From Candidatus Entotheonellaceae bacterium (GTDB lineage: Bacteria; Tectomicrobia; Entotheonellia; Entotheonellales; Entotheonellaceae), in the NCBI GenBank assembly GCA_965238075.1, contig OZ250173.1:1536001-1600000 (forward strand): a DNA stretch of 64,000 nt, given 5' to 3'. Below are positions 10,125-18,803 of this stretch, one piece after another. The notes under the pieces were generated by a model, which was not told where the DNA came from, did no database searches, and saw only the letters and a list, made by a program, of their open reading frames with translations. Position numbers and translations under genes: made by a program. How positions within the stretch are numbered: the first letter of the stretch is position 1; the number at the start of each line of letters is the position of its first letter.

Positions 10125-10775
10125 ATGTCGGAGTCGGCAAATTTCGTCATGCCGCACTGGCTTTACTGGGTTTGGCTGATCGTCATGCCGCCGTTGTTCA
10201 TGCTGCTGACGCGCCGCCGCGGCGGCGCGGCGGAGGCCTCTCAGGAAGCAGACGGCGGCGCGCCGGGCAGCCGCCTGACCCGCCTGCTGGATTGGCTGAG
10301 CGAGCAATCCGGCGTCTTTGTGGCCTTGTGGACGGTGAACGCGGTGTGCGCCTACTTCTTCGAGGTGGTGTCGCGCTACATCTTCAACGCCCCGACCATT
10401 TGGGTGCACCAGGCGTCGTACCTGATGTTCGGCATGCAGTACCTGCTGGCCGGCGCCTTTGCCCTGTTGCACGGCGACCACGTGCGGGTAGACGTGCTCT
10501 ACATCAAGCTGCCCAAGCGCGGCCAGGCGGGCACGGATGTGTTCACGTCTATCTTTTTCTTCATCTGCGCGCTGGCCCTGCTGGGCAGTTCCTGGCGCTT
10601 CTTCATGGACGCCGTCGGCATGTTCGAAGTGACCGAGGAAACGTGGCGCATCCAGTTGTACCCCGTCAAAGGCACGATGGTCCTGGGCGCCGCGCTGCTC
10701 GTCCTGGCCGGTCTGTCGAAGCTGCTGAAGGACCTGCAATTGTTCCGTCGTGTGGAAGAGGCCGGGCGCTCATGA
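10125..10775 (+). CDS. dctQ: TRAP transporter small permease
   Basis: EVVSRYIFNAPTIW, HVRVD motifs, TM helices. Confidence 0.9.
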   Translation: MSESANFVMPHWLYWVWLIVMPPLFMLLTRRRGGAAEASQEADGGAPGSRLTRLLDWLSEQSGVFVALWTVNAVCAYFFEVVSRYIFNAPTIWVHQASYLMFGMQYLLAGAFALLHGDHVRVDVLYIKLPKRGQAGTDVFTSIFFFICALALLGSSWRFFMDAVGMFEVTEETWRIQLYPVKGTMVLGAALLVLAGLSKLLKDLQLFRRVEEAGRS

Positions 10776-12313
10776 CCACGCCAACCGCCGCAGCTTCCCG
10801 CGGGCGAGGGGCGTGGAGCCGTCTGTGGTCCGGCCTCACGGTGATCGCGGCCCTCGTCCTCGCGCTTATCACCTGCGTCGAGCTCGTCAACACACTGTTT
10901 TACGACCCGTACAGCGACGAGCGCTTCCTGTTCACCTTCGCCGAGGTGCTGGCCGACGTCGACATCAGCACGCTGACGTTCTTCATGTTCGGCTCCCTGG
11001 CCGCGCTGCTGATGATGGGCCTGCCGATGGCGTTCGTGGTCGGCGGGCTGGGCGTCGTCTTCATTTATCTGGTCGGCGGCCCGACCATGGTCAACATCAT
11101 CCCCGTACGCATCTACCCGCTGATGGCCAACCCCGACCTGGCGGCCATCCCGCTCTTCATCTTCATGGCCTCCATGCTCGAACGCGCCGGGCTGATCGAG
11201 GAAATGTTCAACGTCGTCTACAAGTGGATGGGCGGCCTGCGGGGCGGCCTGGCGGCGGCCACCATCGTGGCGTCAACCATCCTGGCCGCCATGGTGGGGG
11301 TGATCGGCGCCGCGGTGGTGACCATGGGCATCATCGCGCTGCCGGCGATGCTGCGGCGCAACTACGACCACAAAATCGCCCTCGGGTCGATCATGGCCGG
11401 CGGCACCCTCGGCATCCTCATTCCGCCGTCCATCCTGGCGATTCTCTACGCCGTGGTGGCGCAGCAATCGGTGGGGCGACTGTACCTGGGCTCGGTGGTG
11501 CCGGGCCTGATGCTATCCAGCATGTACATCGGCTACATCATCCTGCGTTCGTGGATCAACCCGAGCCTCGGTCCGGCGCTGCCCAAGGAAGAGCGGGTCA
11601 ACCTGCGCGAGAAGCTGCGCCTGTTGCTCAGCCTGATCGCCCCGATCATCCTGGTGTTCCTCGTCCTGGGTCTGTTGTTCGGCGGCATCGCCACGCCCGT
11701 CGAGGCAGCCGGCATCGGCTCGTTCGGCGCCATGATCGTCGCCGCCATGCACAAGCGCTTCAGCCTGCAGGCGCTGCGCGACGCGTCCATCACCACGGCG
11801 CGGGCGTCGGCCATGGTGCTGTGGATCATGTTTGGCGCTTCCATCTTCGTCGGCTTCTTCATCCTGCAGGGCGGTCGGGAATTCATCACCGACGGCATCC
11901 TCGGCACTGGCTTGAATCCTTACGGCATCCTGCTTCTCATGATGGCCATGCTGGTGTTTCTCGGCATGTTCCTGGATTGGGTGGGCATCCTGCTGCTCAC
12001 CGTGCCCATTTTCGTGCCGATCATCGAATCCATGGCCTTCAACGGGCTGCTGGGCGGCCCGGGAGTGGATGGCAGGGACGAGATCCTGTGGTTCGGGGTG
12101 CTGTATCTCGTGAACATGCAGATGTCCTTCCTCAGCCCGCCGTTCGGCTACGCCCTGTTCTATCTGCGCGGCGTCAGTCCGCCTGAAATCACGATGGCGA
12201 CTATTTTCAAGGCGTCGCTGATCTTCCTGACCCTGCAAGCCATCGGGCTTTATCTGTGCGTGCAGTTCCCGTGGATTGTTACCTGGTTGCCGCACGCGAT
12301 TTACGGGAATTGA
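10772..12313 (+). CDS. dctM: TRAP transporter large permease
   Basis: AIPLFIFMA, GGTLGILIPPS, SPPFG motifs; ATGA overlap with dctQ. Confidence 0.92.
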   Translation: MTTPTAAASRGRGAWSRLWSGLTVIAALVLALITCVELVNTLFYDPYSDERFLFTFAEVLADVDISTLTFFMFGSLAALLMMGLPMAFVVGGLGVVFIYLVGGPTMVNIIPVRIYPLMANPDLAAIPLFIFMASMLERAGLIEEMFNVVYKWMGGLRGGLAAATIVASTILAAMVGVIGAAVVTMGIIALPAMLRRNYDHKIALGSIMAGGTLGILIPPSILAILYAVVAQQSVGRLYLGSVVPGLMLSSMYIGYIILRSWINPSLGPALPKEERVNLREKLRLLLSLIAPIILVFLVLGLLFGGIATPVEAAGIGSFGAMIVAAMHKRFSLQALRDASITTARASAMVLWIMFGASIFVGFFILQGGREFITDGILGTGLNPYGILLLMMAMLVFLGMFLDWVGILLLTVPIFVPIIESMAFNGLLGGPGVDGRDEILWFGVLYLVNMQMSFLSPPFGYALFYLRGVSPPEITMATIFKASLIFLTLQAIGLYLCVQFPWIVTWLPHAIYGN

Positions 12314-12319
12314 TCCCAC

Positions 12320-12931
12320 ATGCTGCGGCGCCTCGAGCAGCACGTCGCCGCCCTGCGGACCTGCCGCTTGTGTCCTGCCATGGCGTCCTCTCCCGTCACC
12401 GGTGCGGCGGTGGTCAGCCAGGTGATGCTGGTCGGCCAAGCGCCCGGCGACAAGGAACCGGCGCTGCAGCGACCGTTTGCCTGGACGGCCGGCAAGGCGA
12501 TGTTCAAATGGTTCCAGGAGGCCTGCGGCATCGACGAAGCGGTGTTCCGCTCGCACGTCTACATGACCGCGGTGTGCCGGTGTTTTCCCGGCAAAAGGCC
12601 GCGCGGCGGCGACCGCGTTCCCAACCCCGCCGAAATCGCCAACTGCTCGCGTTGGCTGCAAGCCGAAATGACCCTCCTCAAGCCCGCGCTGGTAATTCCC
12701 GTCGGCAAGCTCGCCATTGCCCAGTTCATGACCTATAGCAATATGGAAGCCCATATCGGCCAACAGGCCCGCTGCACCTACGCGGATCACACCTTCGACG
12801 CCATCCCGTTGCCGCACCCCTCCGGCGCTTCGCCCTGGCCACGCGTCGAACCGGGCAAGACGTTGCTGCGCACGGCGATGCAATTGATCGCCGCGCATCC
12901 GGCGTGGCGCCATCAAATGACGACCGGTTGA
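12320..12931 (+). CDS. Uracil-DNA glycosylase family protein (family-4-like, Cys cluster)
   Basis: CRLC, VGQAPG, VCRCFPG, LPHPSG motifs. Confidence 0.85.
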   Translation: MLRRLEQHVAALRTCRLCPAMASSPVTGAAVVSQVMLVGQAPGDKEPALQRPFAWTAGKAMFKWFQEACGIDEAVFRSHVYMTAVCRCFPGKRPRGGDRVPNPAEIANCSRWLQAEMTLLKPALVIPVGKLAIAQFMTYSNMEAHIGQQARCTYADHTFDAIPLPHPSGASPWPRVEPGKTLLRTAMQLIAAHPAWRHQMTTG

Positions 12932-12978
12932 GGAACGGCCTACCGAGAAGCTATCATGGCCGCCAGGGAATTACTGCT

Positions 12979-13015
12979 CCCTCTCCCTTGGCGGGAGAGG
13001 GTCGGGGTGAGGGGG
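12979..13015. repeat. Family A palindromic repeat
   Basis: ccctctcccttggcgggagagggtcggggtgaggggg immediately upstream of the next RBS. Confidence 0.85.
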
Positions 13016-13033
13016 AACAAAGAGGAGAAGCTC

Positions 13034-13948
13034 ATGGTGGACCGCATTGCTTCCCTGCTGCCGAGCAGCACGGAAATTGTCTGCGCGCTGGGTCTGCGGG
13101 AGCGCCTGATCGGCGTCTCCCATGAATGCGATTACCCCGCTGACGTGGTGGGCCTGCCCGTCTTGACGGAGCCGAAACTGGATCCCCGCGGGACCAGCGG
13201 CGACATCAATACGCGGGTCCGCGAGATCGTGCAGGAGGGACTGAGCGTCTACCGGCTGAATACCGACGCGCTGCAAGATCTGAAGCCGGATGTCATCGTC
13301 ACGCAGGACCAGTGCGAAGTGTGCGCCGTTTCCCTGCCTGACGTTGAACACGCCGTGCAGCGTTTTCTGACGCCCGACGTCAAGGTCGTGTCGCTCAACC
13401 CGGAGAAGCTCGGTGATATCTGGAGGGACATCCGCAACGTTGCCGCGGCCACTGGTCAGCAGGAAACCGCCGACACCCTGATCCGGGGTCTGGAAGCGCG
13501 CCTGCGGAAAGTCGCAGAAAAGACGCAGCACCTGCCGCGCCCGCGCGTTGCCTGCCTGGAATGGCTGGATCCCCTGATGGCCGCAGGCAACTGGATTCCT
13601 GAGTTGGTGAATATGGCAGGTGGCGAGTACGGTCTTGTCGATGCGGGCGCGCATACGCCGCCCATCACCTGGGAAACCCTGGTCGCCTACCAACCGGAGG
13701 TGATCGTGATCACGCCGTGCGGGTTCAAAATCCCGCAGTCGCAGGCGGACCTGCCGCTGCTGACGGCGCATCCCCAGTGGCAGGCGTTGCCGGCGGTGCA
13801 AGCGAACCGGGTGTACGTGGCGGACGGCAATGCCTATTACAATCGCCCTGGTCCACGAATCGTGGAAAGCGCGGAAATCCTCGCCGAGATGCTGCATCCC
13901 GAGACCTGCGCCGGCATGGCGGTACCGGGGTCGTACGTGCGGGTCTGA
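13034..13948 (+). CDS. BtuF-like cobalamin/Fe-siderophore binding protein (no signal peptide)
   Basis: RIASLLPSSTEIVCALG, VSHECDYP, TQDQCEVCAV, NRPGPR; RBS AGAGGAG. Confidence 0.8.
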   Translation: MVDRIASLLPSSTEIVCALGLRERLIGVSHECDYPADVVGLPVLTEPKLDPRGTSGDINTRVREIVQEGLSVYRLNTDALQDLKPDVIVTQDQCEVCAVSLPDVEHAVQRFLTPDVKVVSLNPEKLGDIWRDIRNVAAATGQQETADTLIRGLEARLRKVAEKTQHLPRPRVACLEWLDPLMAAGNWIPELVNMAGGEYGLVDAGAHTPPITWETLVAYQPEVIVITPCGFKIPQSQADLPLLTAHPQWQALPAVQANRVYVADGNAYYNRPGPRIVESAEILAEMLHPETCAGMAVPGSYVRV

Positions 13949-14078
13949 AGCAGCTGTTGGCGGCCGGCAGGGAGGGCTGGGATCAACAGGATCGTCAATA
14001 ACACGCTCCCGGAAAGTGCAACGCCCAACACCCTGCAGGGGAACCCCCCGCTTAGGGTGCAAACGCTGCGAGCGTATT

Positions 14079-14599
14079 TTAGAGCGGTTATCGCATGCCT
14101 ATATGGGATATTCGCAGCAGCGTAAGGCGTTGGACAAAGACGTGCACCCGAGCGGCCCTACGCCTAACGGTGGCGCAACCCCCCAACCCCCCTTATCAGG
14201 GGGGCTTTTGAGGCGTTGTCCTGAGTCCTCGCGGCTTTCAGAAATTCCCCCCTGATAAGGGGGCAAGGGGGGTTGCATCCCCGACAACAAAGCCCGGAGC
14301 GAAAAGGCCCCTCAAAACCGCAAAAATCCAACCCCCGAAGAACTCATGTGCTGGATCGAGGTCCTGCAAACCAGACGCTGCGGTCGCCAACGATCTTGAT
14401 GGGCTGCGTCACAACCTGCTGAAACGGGTGGCGCTAAGAAGGAACCTCGCAGCGTGAGCTGGGCAGGCAGTCCGTCAGAGCTACGCAAAGGACTACCGAG
14501 AGCGTTTTGGCACGCCTGTAGGGGAATCGGCGATGCCGCACCAACCTCCTCAGCATGATTGCGTAGATAGGCCAAACATACGAACGAAAACCGCTCTAA
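14079..14599. mobile_element. Putative non-autonomous MITE (IS630-like ends, TA-flanked)
   Basis: Terminal inverted repeats ttagagcggttatcg (14079) / cgaaaaccgctctaa (ends 14599), 14/15 match; no convincing ORF inside. Confidence 0.6.
14175..14276. repeat. Inverted pair of family B repeats (ACCCCCCAACCCCCCTTRTCAGGGGGG)
   Basis: gcaaccccccaaccccccttatcaggggggc ... cccccctgataagggggcaaggggggttgc; single copies at 46436 and 59900. Confidence 0.8.
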
Positions 14600-15925
14600 G
14601 ACGCAGACATGTATGCGAGATCTGGATCGGGAGCATTTTCAAGGCGCAGAATAAGGCGCCCGGCATCCTCTCCGCAGATCTCCTGATACATCATTTTGAT
14701 CGGGGTGAGGTCGAAATCATATTCTTCGGTTACCCATCCCTCGCATCCGTCCCAGCATCGTTAATGACGACGTGACCCCTCATCGGAGGATCGATCTGCT
14801 TATCGAACTCCTTTTCGCCGTTCTTGATGGTGAGAATGACGGAGCTTTTGGCCGGATGGCGGTTTTCGTCATAATGCGCGATGCGGGTGGCACCGGCATA
14901 GTTTTCGGTGGCTTGCAACTGCTCCCGAATCGCCTCGGGGTCAAGACCGCCCGCCCGTTTGATGGCTTCATAAAGCAACTTGACCGCGTCGTAGTTCACC
15001 GCGTCGCCCCCGGTCGGCACAGCCCCGTACGCGGCTTGGTAGGCGTCAATAAACGCCCGCGCTGTCAGTTCGTCCGTGTCCGGTGAAAAGTGGGTCGTGA
15101 AAAAGCTCCCTTCCACATTAGCTTTAACGTCTTCGTCGCTTAAGAGGATCTCGCTGTCCCAGGTATCCGTTCCGAGGAACAGCGTCGGCTTGCCCGCAGA
15201 ATTCCGCAACGGAATTTCCCTCGCCTGTCGGGTGATCGTGCCAATCTCCTGGATGAAAGCGGATAGAAAAGCGCGTCAGGTTGCAGTGCCGCGATGCGGG
15301 TCAGTTGTTCGTTGAAATCCGCGGTCCCATCGTCGTAGGACTCTTCCGTAGCCACGTCCCCGCCAAGTCCCGTGAAGTTCGCTGCAAAGAATTCGGATAT
15401 TCCCTTCGTGTAGACATCGCCGCTCAACGTCAACAGGGCAACGGTGCTCACGTCGAGGTCCTCTCGCGCAAATTGTGCCATGACGCGGCCCTGAAACGTG
15501 TCCGTGACGGATGCCATGAAAACGAAGTCACCGGCGCCCGTAACGCTGGGGTTGCTGGCGGCAGTGGTCACCATCGGTACACGGTACTGTTGTGCGATTG
15601 GGCCCACGCGAACGGCATGCGTAGACCGATTGGGCCCGATGATAGCAATGACCTGATCTTTGAGAATCATGTCCTTGGCGGCCTGAATCGACAGCGGCAG
15701 TGACGCCTCCCGGTTCACGAGGCTCACCAATTCGACAGGCGTGCCGAACAGCCCTCCCGATTCGTTGATTTCATCCACGGCCAACTGGGCGGAGCGCAGG
15801 TAGGTCGGGCGCTCGCCCGCAACGATAAAACCGATTTTGATCGTGCGCGTCTGTTCCGACTCGCAGCCAACGAGGAGCGCGACCAAGGCAAGCACGCCGA
15901 ACATGGCTCGAAATGGATGTCGCAT
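14596..15925 (-). pseudogene. LivJ/LivK-type ABC substrate-binding lipoprotein with fused C-terminal domain; frameshifted and internally deleted
   Basis: Lipobox LVGC, AVDEINESGG, AIIGPNRS; reading continues in another frame after the A4 run at 15267-15270 (SAFIQEIGTITRQARE...THFSPD...YDAVKLL); the tail CEGWVTEEYDFDL...MSAS* (14596-14745) is out of frame again. Confidence 0.8.
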
Positions 15926-15945
15926 AATTCTTCTGACCCCTCCCC

Positions 15946-16695
15946 TTAAGACAGCAGAAACTCGACCAACAACTCGTTGAATGCGCCCGCATCGTAGAGA
16001 TGAATGCCATGCCTCCCCTCCGGAAACACGTGCAAGCGCGCCCCTGCGATCCCTTGCTGCAGGAACTGCGCATGAAAGAGCGGCACCAGCCGGTCTTTCC
16101 CACCATGAAGCAGAAAGGTGGGACACGTAATCTGCGCCAGGCGCTTCCGGCACAGATCGCCGCCCGCTTTCAGGAGCCTCTGCTGCGCGTCACACCAGCG
16201 CGTCCATAGCGCCTGGAAGCCATCGCCGTACATCGCCTGCATCGGTGCTGCCGCACGCGGGGGCCAGTCCGCCACGCAGCGCGTTGTCTCATACAGCTCG
16301 ATATCCGCCTGGGTGACGTACGCATTGCCGCCCCAGATCGCCAGCTTGGTTACCCGCTGCGGGTAGGCCAACGTCAGCAGCAGACCGATAATCGCGCCGT
16401 CGCTCCAGCCACCGACCGCGTAGGTCGGGCAGCCCAGCGTCTCCATCAGCGCCGCGAAATCGTGCGCGTCCTGTTGGTAAAAATCAGGCGGGAAGGCGCG
16501 CTCGGGAGGCCGGGATTTCCCATAGCCGCGCGGGTCGGGCGCAATCACGCGTCGGCCGCGCTCGGGGAGTGCCTGCAATTGCGGCGCGAAATCCGATCGT
16601 CCGGTCCCCAGCGCTCCCGGTAACAGAAGGAGGGGCGGCCCTTTCCCAACGTCTTCGTAATGGAGCTTGACGCCGCGGATGTCTGCGTATGGCAT
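15946..16695 (-). CDS. Alpha/beta hydrolase, valacyclovir hydrolase (BPHL)-like
   Basis: LLLPGALGTGRSDFAPQ, DPRGYGKSRPP, nucleophile motif GWSDG, WGGNAYV, PEGRH. Confidence 0.8.
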   Translation of the reverse strand: MPYADIRGVKLHYEDVGKGPPLLLLPGALGTGRSDFAPQLQALPERGRRVIAPDPRGYGKSRPPERAFPPDFYQQDAHDFAALMETLGCPTYAVGGWSDGAIIGLLLTLAYPQRVTKLAIWGGNAYVTQADIELYETTRCVADWPPRAAAPMQAMYGDGFQALWTRWCDAQQRLLKAGGDLCRKRLAQITCPTFLLHGGKDRLVPLFHAQFLQQGIAGARLHVFPEGRHGIHLYDAGAFNELLVEFLLS

Positions 16696-16800
16696 ACGTC
16701 CTCCACACAGCGGTCCCGATACACGTGCTCAAGAGAGCAGACGGGCACAGGCGCCTGTCCTTTGGGCGGTGAGGCGCGATCTTTTGATCACGCAGCAGAC

Positions 16801-17100
16801 CTACAACCCAAACGTATAGATAAGGTCGGGAACACTCTCGGGCGCGCCCCGAAGACGCAGAACAATGGTTCCCGCATCCTCCAGGTATGCTTCCTGATAC
16901 AGCGTTTTAATGGGCGCGAGGTCAAAGCTATACGTTTCAGTTAGATACGCTCTGCACCTGTCGCCGTGGGCATCATGGGCCACGGAGACCGCGATCTGTA
17001 CGGGGTGCGATTCCATAAATGCGTCGGCCGCGAGCAAGGTGAAATCGTGGTTTTCACATCCTCCGCTATACGACACCGTGATGGTTAACGTATTGTCCTC
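16801..17100 (-). pseudogene. 5'-truncated remnant of a beta-rich domain (SYSGGC...C type, NigD-C-like)
   Basis: EDNTLTITVSYSGGCENHDF...DRCRAYLTETYSFDLAPIK; no start or RBS, fused directly to an IS5 fragment. Confidence 0.6.
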
Positions 17101-17261
17101 CCCCGCCCCGCAAGCTCTTCACGCAAGCGGTTGAGATCGAATGCCTTGTCCGCAATCAGCGCCTCGAAATCCAACCCCTCGATCAACCCATCAACGCCAA
17201 GGCAATCATGGCGCTGGCCTGGCAACAAGACGAAACGCACCAAATTGCGCAACGCATCGAT
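17101..17261 (-). mobile_element. IS5-family (IS427-like) transposase internal fragment
   Basis: DALRNLVRFVLLPGQRHD...LIADKAFD; truncated at both ends. Confidence 0.75.
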
Positions 17262-18278
17262 TGTATAGTCCCGGAGTTTAATGGGTTGGATCGACTTTGA
17301 ATCTTTGCGGTTCCGAGGTCCAGACCTTGCAGATGTATTCGTAGGGCGTGAGACCCTGGAGGGTCTTAAGGCGCCGCGCGAAGTTGTAAGCTGAGACAAA
17401 GGCATCCAGATGGCCGCGAAGCCGGTCATGGCTATCGTAGTGGAAACGCTTGACGGTCGCCTCCTTGATCGTGCGGTTCATGCGCTCAGCCTGACCGTTG
17501 GTCCAGGGATGGTTCGGCTTCGTCAGACGGTGTTCGATCCCATGTCCCCAACACGCCCGGTCGAACGGGTGACCCCGAAAGCGCGCCGTAGGGCCGCTTC
17601 GGTTCCTGGCAAGGTCGGCAAACTGGATACCATTATCGGTCAGCACCGTGTGGACTTCGTAGGGAACGGCTGCAACCAGGTCATCCAAAAATGCTGCCGC
17701 TGTTTTGGTGTTGGCGCTCTCCACCAGTCTTGTAAAGGCAAACTTCGAGGTCCTGTCGACAGCGATGAAAAGGTAAAGTTTCCCCTCAGCGGTGCGTAAC
17801 TCGGCGATATCGACATGGAAATAGCCGATGGGGTAGCGCTTGAAGCGCTTCTTTTCGGGTTTGTCACCACCAACTTGCGGCAGACGGCTGATGCCATGGC
17901 GCTGCAGGCAGCGATGAAGTGACGAACGGCTCAGATGCGGGAGCGTCGGTTTGAGGGCATAGAGGCAGTCGTCGAGCGGTAGCAGAGTGTGGCGGCGGAA
18001 GGCCACGATGAGCGCTTCTTCAGCCTCGCCCAGAAGCGTCGAGTGCGGATGTTTCGGCCCTGTCTTGCGATCTTCGACGGTTTCTCGCTGGCGCCATTTC
18101 TGGACGGTCTTGGGATTGATCCCGTAGGTCCGGCTCAACTGCGTGAGCGAAGCTTTCGATCGCTGTATTGCTTTTCTGACAGCGTGCGTTGTCGTGGCGC
18201 AGCCGTGAAGTATCTGTCCCATAGTGCCTCCTTCCATTGCACGGAAAGGACCATACCATCAAACACTGGGACTGTACA
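17262..18278 (-). mobile_element. IS481-family insertion sequence
   Basis: TGT...ACA ends; 23-bp imperfect IRs tgtatagtcccggagtttaatgg / tgtacagtcccagtgtttgatgg; no target duplication seen. Confidence 0.92.
17278..18222 (-). CDS. IS481-family DDE transposase
   Basis: MGQILHGCATTT, GYFHVD, LTDNG, PWTNGQAERMN motifs. Confidence 0.93.
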   Translation of the reverse strand: MGQILHGCATTTHAVRKAIQRSKASLTQLSRTYGINPKTVQKWRQRETVEDRKTGPKHPHSTLLGEAEEALIVAFRRHTLLPLDDCLYALKPTLPHLSRSSLHRCLQRHGISRLPQVGGDKPEKKRFKRYPIGYFHVDIAELRTAEGKLYLFIAVDRTSKFAFTRLVESANTKTAAAFLDDLVAAVPYEVHTVLTDNGIQFADLARNRSGPTARFRGHPFDRACWGHGIEHRLTKPNHPWTNGQAERMNRTIKEATVKRFHYDSHDRLRGHLDAFVSAYNFARRLKTLQGLTPYEYICKVWTSEPQRFKVDPTH

Positions 18279-18279
18279 C

Positions 18280-18792
18280 CTAATCGGCGACGGCGCGGCG
18301 CAGCAGCGGGCCGGCGCCGTGCATGAAGTCGGCCACCACGGCGTCGAGGTCGTCCAGTTGCGATTCCAGGACGTACAGGCCGCGGCTGGGCACCGAGGCG
18401 CCGAGCTCGACGAGCAGCGGTCGGAAGTGCGTCTCCACCGCCAGGGCGTGCTGCGGGGCGGCGCCGAGCATGACGGGAAGCGCCACCGTGCCGGCCAAGC
18501 CGTTACTGCCGTAGCGGTCGAAAAAGGCTTTGAGCAGGCCGGTGTAGGAGGCTTTGTACACCGGACAGGCGGGAACGATCAGGGTGCTGGCCGCCACCTT
18601 TTGGCCCAGGGCGGCGAGTTCGTCGTCCTCCCAAGCGAACAGGCGGCCGGCCACGTGCGCCAGCTCGATGGTTTCGAGGCTGGCGCGGCCGCCGGCGCCG
18701 ACGGCTTCGATCGCCGCGCGGGCCGCCGCCTCGGCCACCCGCGTGGTGCGGCCGCCGGGGTTGGGATTGCCGATGACGACGCTCACATGCAT
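18280..18792 (-). CDS. NAD(P)H-dependent FMN reductase (SsuE/MsuE-like)
   Basis: GNPNPGGRT, PVYKASYTGLLKAFFD, RPLLVELGA; start 18792 or 18804. Confidence 0.88.
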   Translation of the reverse strand: MHVSVVIGNPNPGGRTTRVAEAAARAAIEAVGAGGRASLETIELAHVAGRLFAWEDDELAALGQKVAASTLIVPACPVYKASYTGLLKAFFDRYGSNGLAGTVALPVMLGAAPQHALAVETHFRPLLVELGASVPSRGLYVLESQLDDLDAVVADFMHGAGPLLRRAVAD

Positions 18793-18803
18793 GCCGGCCT
18801 CCA

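Noticed and set aside
10100..12313. 737-aa ORF suggesting a DctQM fusion
   Set aside because: DctQ is in a different frame (10125-10775) with an ATGA overlap; the extension is a shadow translation.
14280..14590. Possible ncRNA or small ORFs inside the MITE
   Set aside because: No recognisable RNA family motif or credible ORF with an RBS; left unannotated.
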